This document shows positions 8,281 through 16,984 of a DNA stretch of 64,000 nt, piece after piece. The stretch is from an uncultured Collinsella sp. GTDB lineage: Bacteria > Actinomycetota > Coriobacteriia > Coriobacteriales > Coriobacteriaceae. The notes under the pieces were generated by a model. The model had not been told where the DNA came from and made no database searches. It saw nothing but the letters and a program-made list of their open reading frames with translations. Within the stretch, counting starts at the first letter, position 1. Each line of letters starts with the position of its first letter. The stretch is taken from the NCBI GenBank assembly GCA_900548565.1, contig URKV01000001.1:4774-68773 (forward strand), read 5' to 3'. A program made the translations under genes and the position numbers.

Positions 8281-10230
8281 CTACAGCTCGCAGGCGACCT
8301 TGTAGCCGTCGCCGATGGCGTCGCGGATGTTGCCGCACTTCTGGGCATCGCCCAGCACGTGGGTGGCAACGCCGGCAGCGGCAAGGTCATCGGCCAGCTT
8401 GGTATTGGGGCGGTAGCCCATGGCAAGCACCAGCGTATCGGCACCGGTGATGGTGTGAACCTCACCGTCCTTCTCGTAGCTGATGGTATCCTCGGTAATC
8501 TCGGTCACCTTAGCCTCGGTCAGCACGTGGACGCCCTTGGAGAGCATGCGCGTGATGAGCACCGCGCGACCGGCGCCGCCCTCGTTAGCGGCGAGCGTCT
8601 TGGTCATCTCGATAACGGTGACATCGCGATTGGCCGGCGACAGATCGTTGACCAACGGGGCCAGGTAATCGGCCGTCTCGCAGCCAACGGTGCCGCCGCC
8701 CACAATGACAATCTTCTTGCCCGGGAAAGCCTTGCCGCCCAGCAGGTCATCAGCCGTCATGACCTGCTTAAAGCCCTGCATAAAGGCCGGGGCGATGGGT
8801 TCGGCGCCATAGGCCAGGACAACCTCGTAACCCGCGTAGTCGCGCTGGATGTCCTCGGCGGTCAGCTCGGTACCAAAGACGCATGTGACGCCGGCCTCGG
8901 CCAGGCGACGGTACTGATACTTGATCACGCGCGTGAGCTCCTGCTTTGCCGGCGGAACGGCCGCGATGCGCATCTCGCCGCCCGGCTCGTCCTGCTTATC
9001 CACGAGCACCACGTTGTGGCCGCGCTTGGCGGCAATGTAGGCTGCCTCCATGCCCGCAGGACCGGCGCCCACAACGAGCACGTTCTTGGCCTCGGCGGCA
9101 GGCTCATAGCCGGCCTCGTCGCGCTCCACGTCCGGGTTGACGGTGCAGGAGATGCGCTTGCCAAACATGATGCCGTTCAGGCAGCGCAGGCAGCCGATGC
9201 AGGGACGGATCTCGTCGGCGTTGCCGGCAGCCGCCTTGTTGCAGAACTCGGCATCGCACAGATTGGCACGGCCCATCATGCAGATGTCGGCGGCGCCGTC
9301 CTCGATCAGTTCCTCGGCAATCCATGCCTCGTTAATGCGGCCGACCGTGGCAACGGGAATGTTGACGTGCTTTTTGATCTCGCGCGAGCAGGCGGCGTGC
9401 GAGGCCTGCTGCGTGCCGGCGGCGGGAATGGCGGAGCCGCGCTTGATGGTAGTGCCGCCCGACACGTGGATCATGTCGACGCCGGCCTTCTCCAAGCGAC
9501 GCGAGACATAGATCATGTCGTTGAGGGTCAGGCCGCCATCGGTGTACTCGTCGCCCGAGATACGGACGTCGATGATAAAGTCCTTGCCGCAGCGCTCGCG
9601 AATCTCGGCGATGACCTCGAGCAGGAAGCGCATGCGGGCGTCGAGCGAGCCACCGTACTCGTCGGTGCGCTTGTTATAGAGCGGGGTCAAAAAGCCGCCG
9701 AGCATGCCGTGGGCGTGTGCCGCATGGACCTCGACGCCGTCGACACCGGCCTTCTGCATGCGCACAGCAGCGTCACCAAACTGATGCGTGAGCTCGTGGA
9801 TCTCATCGACCGTGATGGGGCGCGGCGCCTCGCGGGCATAGGACGGGCCCACAAAGGACGGAGCGATCAGGCGCGGCGTGCCCGGAATGTTAAAGGCCAT
9901 GTAGGCGGGGTGGAAGAGCTGCGGCATGATCTTGCAGCCATACTCGTGGACGGCCGCGGCGAGCTTTTCCCAGCCAGGGATAAACGTGTCGTCGTAGCAG
10001 CACATGTCACCCGGTAGATAGGTATAGGTGGGCTCGACCGTCACGACCTCGGTGATGATGAGGCCCACGCCGCCCTTGGCACGGGCACGGTAATGATCGA
10101 CCAAGTCGTCGGTCACATAGCCATGATCGGCCAGGTTCGTGGACACCGGCGGCATAAAGACGCGGTTCTTGACCTCGGTCGTACCGACCTTGATCGGGCT
10201 AAAGAGCATCGGGTAGGCGGAAGACTCCAT
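8281..10230 (-). CDS. NADH:flavin oxidoreductase (OYE TIM barrel + 4Fe-4S + FAD/NAD domains; DCR/BaiCD-like architecture)
   Basis: KNRVFMPP, RAKGGVGLII, NKRTDEYGGSL, CIGCLRC..C, GAGPAG, GGGTVG. Confidence 0.9.
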   Translation of the reverse strand: MESSAYPMLFSPIKVGTTEVKNRVFMPPVSTNLADHGYVTDDLVDHYRARAKGGVGLIITEVVTVEPTYTYLPGDMCCYDDTFIPGWEKLAAAVHEYGCKIMPQLFHPAYMAFNIPGTPRLIAPSFVGPSYAREAPRPITVDEIHELTHQFGDAAVRMQKAGVDGVEVHAAHAHGMLGGFLTPLYNKRTDEYGGSLDARMRFLLEVIAEIRERCGKDFIIDVRISGDEYTDGGLTLNDMIYVSRRLEKAGVDMIHVSGGTTIKRGSAIPAAGTQQASHAACSREIKKHVNIPVATVGRINEAWIAEELIEDGAADICMMGRANLCDAEFCNKAAAGNADEIRPCIGCLRCLNGIMFGKRISCTVNPDVERDEAGYEPAAEAKNVLVVGAGPAGMEAAYIAAKRGHNVVLVDKQDEPGGEMRIAAVPPAKQELTRVIKYQYRRLAEAGVTCVFGTELTAEDIQRDYAGYEVVLAYGAEPIAPAFMQGFKQVMTADDLLGGKAFPGKKIVIVGGGTVGCETADYLAPLVNDLSPANRDVTVIEMTKTLAANEGGAGRAVLITRMLSKGVHVLTEAKVTEITEDTISYEKDGEVHTITGADTLVLAMGYRPNTKLADDLAAAGVATHVLGDAQKCGNIRDAIGDGYKVACEL

Positions 10231-10345
10231 ACAGGGTTCCTTTCGTTTGAGCCGCTCGGCGGCAGTTGCTAACGTACTTATCGTATCAGCAACTGCGCTG
10301 TACCCGACCGTACACGCTCCCCCGGCTTTTACTCAGCCCACAAAA

Positions 10346-10412
10346 AGTTGCGGTGGAATACGGAGTAGATAAGGCCTTTGACAGCCAAAACAGTCCGTAT
10401 TCCACCGCAACT
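10346..10412. repeat. Palindromic intergenic element, family TTGCGGTG(A/G)AATA, copy 2
   Basis: AGTTGCGGTGGAATACGGA / TCCGTATTCCACCGCAACT 19-bp perfect arms. Confidence 0.7.
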
Positions 10413-10427
10413 GATGGTTGGTATGTG

Positions 10428-11645
10428 TTAGAGGCCCAGGTAGCTGGTCATGCCTTCGACGGCGAGCTTGGCGCCGGCTACGGCATGGACCACGGTGAGC
10501 GGGCCGTTGACCACGTCGCCGGCGGCAAAGACGCCCGGCACGGTGGTCATGCCGCACTCATCGACCGAAAGAAGACCGCGATGGTCGGTCTCCAGACCGC
10601 CCGTCGTAAGCACCAGCTTGTCCTTGGGCACCTGCGAGGCCGCGATCACTACGGTGTCGGCAGACACATGGTCGAGCTCTTCCTCGTAGCCCACCACGTT
10701 GTCGTCCTCGTCAAAGATAGCCGTCTCGAACACCGGACCGTTATCGTCGATGGCGCAGATCGCCTTGCCGCGCACGATCTCGGCACCGTCAAGCTCGGTC
10801 AGCTCGACCTCGTCATCGATGGCCGAGATATGGCGCGATCGGGCATACACGGTAACCTTGCGAGCGCCCGAGCGCAGGGCCGTACGGGCAACATCCATGG
10901 CCACGTTGCCGGCGCCGATAACCGCCACGTTCTGACCGATCGCCACGCTCGTGGGATCGACCAGGTAATCGATACCAAACAGTACGTTGCCACGCGACTC
11001 GCCGGGAATACCCAGCTTGCGGGCGCGCCAGGTACCGGTACCGACAAAGACCGCATCGTAGCCGTCGCGCAACAGGTCGTCGATATGCAGCGCGCCACCG
11101 ATGGTGGTCGAGGGACGGACGCGTACGCCAAGCGAGCACATCACGTGACGGTACTTTTGCACGAGAGCACGGGGCAGGCGAAACTCGGGGATGCCGTACT
11201 CCAGCACGCCGCCGATCTCGGGGCGCTGTTCAAACACCGTGACGGCACAGCCCAGCTGGGCCATCTTAATGGCCACGGTAATGCCGGCAGGACCGGAACC
11301 GACCACGGCAACCTGCTTGCCGCACGACGGCGCAGGCTTCCACTCCTTACGATCCAAATACGCAGTCGAGATATAGTTCTCGATGCTCGAGAAGTGCACC
11401 GGCGCACCCTTGCGGCCCTGGATGCACGCGCCCTCGCACTGACCCGAATGGTTGCAGATCATGGAGCAGACCGCGCTCATGGGGTTGTTCTGGAACAGCA
11501 GCTCACCTGCCTCTTCCAGACGACGCTGCTTGAACAAGTCAATGACCTGCGGAATAGGCGTCTGCACCGGGCAGCCTTTAAGCTGGCAGAACGCCCTTTT
11601 GCACCCAAGACAGCGGTTCGCTTCCTCAACAATATGAATAGCCAT
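10428..11645 (-). CDS. GltD-like (glutamate synthase small subunit family) Fe-S flavoprotein oxidoreductase
   Basis: EANRCLGC..C..GCP, CSMIC..QCEGAC, GSGPAG, YGIPEFRLP, GAGNVAMD, FAAGD. Confidence 0.88.
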   Translation of the reverse strand: MAIHIVEEANRCLGCKRAFCQLKGCPVQTPIPQVIDLFKQRRLEEAGELLFQNNPMSAVCSMICNHSGQCEGACIQGRKGAPVHFSSIENYISTAYLDRKEWKPAPSCGKQVAVVGSGPAGITVAIKMAQLGCAVTVFEQRPEIGGVLEYGIPEFRLPRALVQKYRHVMCSLGVRVRPSTTIGGALHIDDLLRDGYDAVFVGTGTWRARKLGIPGESRGNVLFGIDYLVDPTSVAIGQNVAVIGAGNVAMDVARTALRSGARKVTVYARSRHISAIDDEVELTELDGAEIVRGKAICAIDDNGPVFETAIFDEDDNVVGYEEELDHVSADTVVIAASQVPKDKLVLTTGGLETDHRGLLSVDECGMTTVPGVFAAGDVVNGPLTVVHAVAGAKLAVEGMTSYLGL

Positions 11646-11696
11646 CGGTACCCCTCTTGAACCTCTACGGCAATCTCTTTCGCCCAGCCTGTTTCG

Positions 11697-12602
11697 TTAC
11701 AGAATCACGTGCTCGCACATCACGCTGCGCCCCATGCGCAGCAGCTCGTCGCGCGAGCGCTCGACCGTGGACGGCGTGCTGTTCTCGATAACGGTCATAA
11801 TGCCCGGTCGCGCGGCGGCTGCCCAGGCGGCAATGGCCTCAAAATCAAAGTTTCCGCACGTGCAGGCGCCGTGGCATACCAAACGAGAGCCCGAGCCATC
11901 GCACCAGCCATCCTGGTCCTCGTTGTCTACAATCTCGTAGTCCTTGGCATGCAGCACGCGAATCTTGCTGCCGCACAAATGCAGCATGCGCGACACCTGC
12001 TCGGAAGCCTCACCGACGATCGTGGGATGCAGCAGCGACACCGGGTCGTAGATCACGCCGAGCGCCGGGCTCGGGACGCGCTCCAGCACCTCACGGCAGC
12101 GATCTGGCGTGTTGACCGTCTCGTTCCAGCCAGGCTCGATCAGTATTTGCCCACCCACGGCCTCGGCGCACTCGCAGACGCGCGCGAGTCCATCCATAAA
12201 CGCATCGAGTGCCTCGTCGGTCATACGGTCGTCAGCAACGCAGCTCTGCGCATTGGGACGACCGGTCTCGGTGCCAACCGGACAGCCGCCGAGCATCTGA
12301 GCAAAGTTCAAGCACGCCTCGTACTCGGCAAAGTTATCCGTGAGCTGTTGTCGATCGGGCGTCGCCAGATTCTTATAACAGCCGAGCACGGCGACCGAAA
12401 CGCCCGCCTCATCGAGCACCGCACGCAAATGCTCGGCGAGCTCGCGGGTCAGACCGCATCGATCGATTCCCATTGACGCGTAGAGCACCTTGCTCGGCAG
12501 CTGAATGCACGAAAAGCCCAGCTCTCCTGCCATGCGAATGCGTTCCTCGACGGTCCCCTGCGGAAGGTCGTGTAAACGCACGCCCGGAGTAATGGCCCCC
12601 AC
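11697..12602 (-). CDS. Sugar phosphate isomerase/epimerase (xylose isomerase-like TIM barrel); start uncertain (GTG 12602 or 12611)
   Basis: GVRLHD, LGCYKNL, VGTETG, IEPG, IYDPVS and LHAKD metal-binding pattern. Confidence 0.82.
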   Translation of the reverse strand: MGAITPGVRLHDLPQGTVEERIRMAGELGFSCIQLPSKVLYASMGIDRCGLTRELAEHLRAVLDEAGVSVAVLGCYKNLATPDRQQLTDNFAEYEACLNFAQMLGGCPVGTETGRPNAQSCVADDRMTDEALDAFMDGLARVCECAEAVGGQILIEPGWNETVNTPDRCREVLERVPSPALGVIYDPVSLLHPTIVGEASEQVSRMLHLCGSKIRVLHAKDYEIVDNEDQDGWCDGSGSRLVCHGACTCGNFDFEAIAAWAAAARPGIMTVIENSTPSTVERSRDELLRMGRSVMCEHVIL

Positions 12603-12603
12603 G

Positions 12604-13842
12604 TTATTCACGCCCCTTATGAGCATTGATGCCCGGCGTGTAGCCGCCAAACGGGTCGTCGATGGAGCACACGCCCGAAGGGGCAAGCGGATCGCGCTTA
12701 CCGGCAAGCTTGTCATGATGCATGGTCTCGATATAGGCGAGCACCAGCGGCGCCACGCCCTTCGCGTCGTTTTTGACGACGGGCTCACTCATGTAGTAGC
12801 CAAACGTGCCCTCGCGGTGCGCGGTGTTGCCAAGGCCCGCCACCAGACAGATATTGTCAAGCGCCAACTGCCCGTCGCGCTCGGACAGGCACGTGTCGCA
12901 GATGCCATCAAAAGCGCGACGGCCGTACTGGTAGTAGCGCTCGCCCAGCACGCCCAGGCGCACGCCCTTCATGATGGCGTTGGCAAAGATGGCGCTGCCC
13001 GACTCCTCCAGATAGTTGGGGGCGATATTGGGCAGGTTGATGACCTGGTGCCACATGCCGGTCTTCTCGTCCTGATACGGCAGCATGGCGTCGATCAGGT
13101 CGTGGAACATCTTGCGGATCTCGTCCTTCTCGGCCGACATCGAAGGCGGCATGAGCTCCCAGGTATCGATGAGCGCCATGGCAAACCAGCCCTCGGCGCG
13201 CAGCCAGAAGTTGGCCGAAAGGCCGGTGACGGGATCGCACCAGAACTGCTTGCGGCTCGCGTCGTAAGCGTGATAGTACAGGCCGTTGAGGGGGTTGCGC
13301 ATCAGGTCATGCACGACCTGGAACATATGGAAGCTATCCGAGCAGGCACGGCGGTTGTGGAAGCTCAGCTCGTACTGCATGTAGAACGGCTGCGCCATGT
13401 ACATGCCGTCGAGCCAGATCTGGTTGGGGTAGACGGCTTTGTGCCAAAACACACCCTCTTTGGTACGCGGCTGGGTCTCAAGCTGACGATAGATGGTATC
13501 CATGGCGGCACGGTACTTGGGCTTGCCTACCAGGTCATAGAGTTTGTAGAGGGTTTTGCCCGCGTTGACGTTGTCGAGGTTGTACTCCTGGGGATCGTAA
13601 TGCTTGATGGTGCCATCGTCCTGGACAAAGAAATCGATGTAGTCATCGGCAAAAGTCAGGTAGCGCCGCTCGCCGGTGATCTCGTACAGCTCGATGAGTG
13701 CCTTGATCATGCAGCCGTCAATGTAATTCCAGGTGTTCTCCTTGCCGGCTCGAAGCTTTTCGATGTTCCAGGCCGGCGCCTGAGGCGTAGAGGTCTCGAT
13801 CAACTGCTCGATATAACGGTCCAGAATCTGATTGCAACCCAT
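12604..13842 (-). CDS. GH105 unsaturated (rhamno)galacturonyl hydrolase, YteR-like
   Basis: WNYIDG, YNLDNVN, FWHK..YPNQIWLDGMYM, YYHAYD, FWLRAEGW, NYLEESGS, NDAKGVAP. Confidence 0.92.
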   Translation of the reverse strand: MGCNQILDRYIEQLIETSTPQAPAWNIEKLRAGKENTWNYIDGCMIKALIELYEITGERRYLTFADDYIDFFVQDDGTIKHYDPQEYNLDNVNAGKTLYKLYDLVGKPKYRAAMDTIYRQLETQPRTKEGVFWHKAVYPNQIWLDGMYMAQPFYMQYELSFHNRRACSDSFHMFQVVHDLMRNPLNGLYYHAYDASRKQFWCDPVTGLSANFWLRAEGWFAMALIDTWELMPPSMSAEKDEIRKMFHDLIDAMLPYQDEKTGMWHQVINLPNIAPNYLEESGSAIFANAIMKGVRLGVLGERYYQYGRRAFDGICDTCLSERDGQLALDNICLVAGLGNTAHREGTFGYYMSEPVVKNDAKGVAPLVLAYIETMHHDKLAGKRDPLAPSGVCSIDDPFGGYTPGINAHKGRE

Positions 13843-13867
13843 TGCTGTCCCCTCTGACGTTATTGAT

Positions 13868-13928
13868 GGGTGAACGTTTCCCCTAGTGTAACGCGAACGG
13901 GGATTATAGGGTGAACGTTAACCCTATA
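13868..13928. promoter_or_regulatory. Two operator copies upstream of GH105 (GGGTGAACGTTTCCCC; TATAGGGTGAACGTTAACCCTATA)
   Basis: Match to the GGTGAACGTTCACC consensus at 13868-13883 and 13905-13928. Confidence 0.72.
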
Positions 13929-13949
13929 ATCCCCGTGAACGGCAAACTT

Positions 13950-14618
13950 TTAACGGCAAACGGCGGTGAGGCCCGCAGCGATGCGATGCGCCAGGCGCTC
14001 ATAGCCGGCAGGGCTGTAATGCAGACCGTCCGGCATGTAGAGCTCGCGGTGCTCCGGCAAAAACGGGCTGATGCCGCTTTGCGCATACAGGTCGATCACC
14101 GGCACCGAGTAGCGATCGCAGACCTCCAGCATCGCGCGCACATAGGCGTCTTGCGTCAGGCCCAGATGGTTGGCCTCGTTGCTTGCCGGGATATCCTTCT
14201 CGTGTTTGCCGCTCGTCTTGCACGGCGTCATAAACACCAGCTTTGCCTGAGGCGAGCGCGCCGTGATGGTGCGGATCAGGTAGTCGAGCGCACCGTAGAA
14301 CTCGTGCACGTCCGTGCCGCCCAGCTCTCCCAGCGGCACGTTACGGCTAAAGTCGTTAACGCCGCCAAAGACGATGCAGATATCTGCCGTGTGATCGATG
14401 CCGTCCAAGCGCTCGACAAACGAATCGCTACGGTCAGCCTTGACGGCAATACGCGAACCCTTAATACCAAAGTTCTCGATCGTAGCGCCGCCCAGCAGCG
14501 CACCCAGGTGCGAGGTCCAAGAGATGTCGTTGCCTCCCCCGCCGCATCCGTTATCGCCCCAGGTGGTCGAATCGCCAAAGCAGCAGACGGTCGATTCGCT
14601 CAAGTTTTTCGTTTCCAT
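13950..14618 (-). CDS. SGNH/GDSL hydrolase, probable carbohydrate acetylesterase
   Basis: FGDSTTWG, GIKGS, GGVND and DGLH blocks; RBS GAGGAG before ATG 14618. Confidence 0.88.
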   Translation of the reverse strand: METKNLSESTVCCFGDSTTWGDNGCGGGGNDISWTSHLGALLGGATIENFGIKGSRIAVKADRSDSFVERLDGIDHTADICIVFGGVNDFSRNVPLGELGGTDVHEFYGALDYLIRTITARSPQAKLVFMTPCKTSGKHEKDIPASNEANHLGLTQDAYVRAMLEVCDRYSVPVIDLYAQSGISPFLPEHRELYMPDGLHYSPAGYERLAHRIAAGLTAVCR

Positions 14619-14687
14619 ATTCTTCTCCTCACCCGCACACCGGCGGTCATACAGGTACATACCGTTCATTCACAACATACCGAGGGA

Positions 14688-16853
14688 CTATGCGTGGGCG
14701 TATTCCGCAACTTGCGAATCGAGCCATTCGATATCCTCGGCAAGATGCGCCACGCCCAGGTGGTGTCCACCCGGGCAGACCTCGTGCAGAAGGTTTTCGT
14801 CCTTGCCCAGCAGCGCGTAGGCGTCGCGAACGATATCGAGCTGCTCGTCTACGTTCGCAAGCCCGCGGGCGCCGTTGAGATGGTCTTTCTCGCAGCTCTG
14901 AACCAAGAGCGGCCGTGGCGCGACAAGCGATGCAATGTCGCCCATGTCGAGCAGACGCCAGAGTCCAGGCGTGTAATTGCAGCTGCAATTGCCGTTGAGG
15001 TGCAGTAGCGAATCATCAACGCCGTACAGATAGCCCGAGACAAACGCCTTGCGCACGCGCGGGTCGAGCGCGGACAGGTACAACGTCATGTAACCGCCGC
15101 CCGAAAAACCAAAGCAGCCCAGGTCGTCCATGGCAATGTCACCGCGTGTCTCCAAGTAATCAATCAAGCGCATGTTGTCCCAGGCGTTGAGGCCCGCGAC
15201 CGTAAGACCCAGCGGCTCGGCCATACGTGCTTGATTCAGACACGTACCGCGCAGGTAGCTGTTCTCGTCGTCGCCCTGACCCTTCCAGTCACGACGGTAT
15301 CCCCAACCACGCGCATCGGGGCAGACGGTCACATAACCCATGCGCGCCAAACGCAGACCGTAGTCGTAATTGAACTTACGCACGGCATCGTCGACCGCCG
15401 GCACGCCCGCAACGCCGGCTATGCTTGCAGCACCCGCCCCCTGGTGACCATGCGGGCAGATATAGCAGCGCTTGAGTCCCCGCTCGTCAAGCTTGGGGCG
15501 GGACGGCTCCAACAGGTAAAACGGCATCCACACATCGTGCTCAACCTGCAGCACCGCATGAGTACGCACGATGCTGCCGGCAACCCGCACGCGATTGAGC
15601 TCACGAATCTCAATCGGGGCGCGGTCCATAAGCGAAAGACCCAAAATATCGTACAGACGAGTCCTGGTCGCAGCCTTCCATGCCTCAAAGTCTGTGGGAG
15701 TCTTGCCCGTAAATGCGGCCGAGCGCCCCTCGCGCTTCAGTCGGGCGCGCAGCGCAGGTTCGTCCTCGTAGTACGTCTCGATGTGCACGGTGCGGCCATT
15801 GGCAGATAGCCCGGCCGTCTCTACCGCATCACCGTCGCCGCCCTCGGGATCCCAACCATCCGTGCCGGCAAGCACTCGGTCACGCGCATAGCGTTCGGAA
15901 TCCTGACCGGTCAGGCAATGCGCCCACGGCACCCAAGCGGCAGTATCACCCGCCGGGCCAAACAGGGCACCGCCGGCATACAGGGTGCCGTCATGTGCCG
16001 CTGGCTTATTCCAATCCCACCAACCCTCGAGTGAAATATGGGGGCCCAGCCAGCATTCGAGCAAAACGGTCTGGGCCCACTCGCGCCATGGACGACCCAG
16101 ATAGACCGATCCGGGGGCAATGCCCTCATCGGCTGTAAACGAACAGCCATGAAACACAAATCCGTACGGCTCGCCCTGGGGCGTGGAGGCTGCCGTTACA
16201 TACCCGTTGACATCCATATCGCGGTTGAGCGAGCGAATCTCACACCCCTCAAAGTAGGCACGCGCGCCGCCAAAGATAAAGTCGACATCGCCCTCGATCC
16301 GGCAACGTCGAAAATACTGCCGCCCCACGCGGCGCGGGGCGAACTGCTTGGGGCCTATAAAGCCGCCCGGCTTGGCCTCGCGCGGCGGCAGCGGCCCCAA
16401 AAAGAGCGTGTCCTGGTGTCCCTTAATGCAGCAGGCATCGACAACCAGGCGGTCACCATCGGCATACAGGGCAATCGCCTGGCCGACCTCGCGCCCATCA
16501 CCGGCGTTGTTTTCGATTGTTAGACCCGCAAGCGTCACGTCGTCGGCATCGACCAGCACCGTGTACGTACGGAAGGTGCCGAGTCTTCCATCCTGGCCGC
16601 TACCATCTTCCGAAGGCATCTTGGCACCCAGGCCTCCCACGATACGCACGCTGTCGGCCGTCTCGCCCTCGAGCGTCACATGCGGACGACGAATTTCGAC
16701 CTGCTCGCGATACTCGCCCGGCGCCACCAGCACACGCACCGGCACGGTCGTATCGGACACGCACCGCTCCGCCGCCTCGAGCGCCGCCGAAATGCTGCGA
16801 TACGCGCCTTCGCGTTCGAGCGATACCTCAAAGAGCTGCTCTTTACCACTCAT
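14688..16853 (-). CDS. Fusion: CE8 pectin methylesterase (N-term) + alpha/beta-hydrolase esterase (C-term)
   Basis: PGEYRE, GQAIAL, QDTL, DFIFG and LGRPW (CE8); PHGH, GFSGGG nucleophile elbow, SCNY.PG, LVAPRPLL and GGHH (hydrolase). Confidence 0.88.
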   Translation of the reverse strand: MSGKEQLFEVSLEREGAYRSISAALEAAERCVSDTTVPVRVLVAPGEYREQVEIRRPHVTLEGETADSVRIVGGLGAKMPSEDGSGQDGRLGTFRTYTVLVDADDVTLAGLTIENNAGDGREVGQAIALYADGDRLVVDACCIKGHQDTLFLGPLPPREAKPGGFIGPKQFAPRRVGRQYFRRCRIEGDVDFIFGGARAYFEGCEIRSLNRDMDVNGYVTAASTPQGEPYGFVFHGCSFTADEGIAPGSVYLGRPWREWAQTVLLECWLGPHISLEGWWDWNKPAAHDGTLYAGGALFGPAGDTAAWVPWAHCLTGQDSERYARDRVLAGTDGWDPEGGDGDAVETAGLSANGRTVHIETYYEDEPALRARLKREGRSAAFTGKTPTDFEAWKAATRTRLYDILGLSLMDRAPIEIRELNRVRVAGSIVRTHAVLQVEHDVWMPFYLLEPSRPKLDERGLKRCYICPHGHQGAGAASIAGVAGVPAVDDAVRKFNYDYGLRLARMGYVTVCPDARGWGYRRDWKGQGDDENSYLRGTCLNQARMAEPLGLTVAGLNAWDNMRLIDYLETRGDIAMDDLGCFGFSGGGYMTLYLSALDPRVRKAFVSGYLYGVDDSLLHLNGNCSCNYTPGLWRLLDMGDIASLVAPRPLLVQSCEKDHLNGARGLANVDEQLDIVRDAYALLGKDENLLHEVCPGGHHLGVAHLAEDIEWLDSQVAEYAHA

Positions 16854-16984
16854 CTGTCATTACGCTTTCTGTCACAGAACACCCACCATGCAATGCCGGC
16901 ACCTATAGATTGCGTGCGACAGCCGGGCAGACCCGACCGTCGCACGCCTCAACATGCCGTATTCACTTGTGCAGGAGCACTACC

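Noticed and set aside
8281..10230. Bilirubin reductase BilR or bile-acid BaiCD/BaiH assignment
   Set aside because: HGDR motif absent and no bai operon context; only a family-level call is supported
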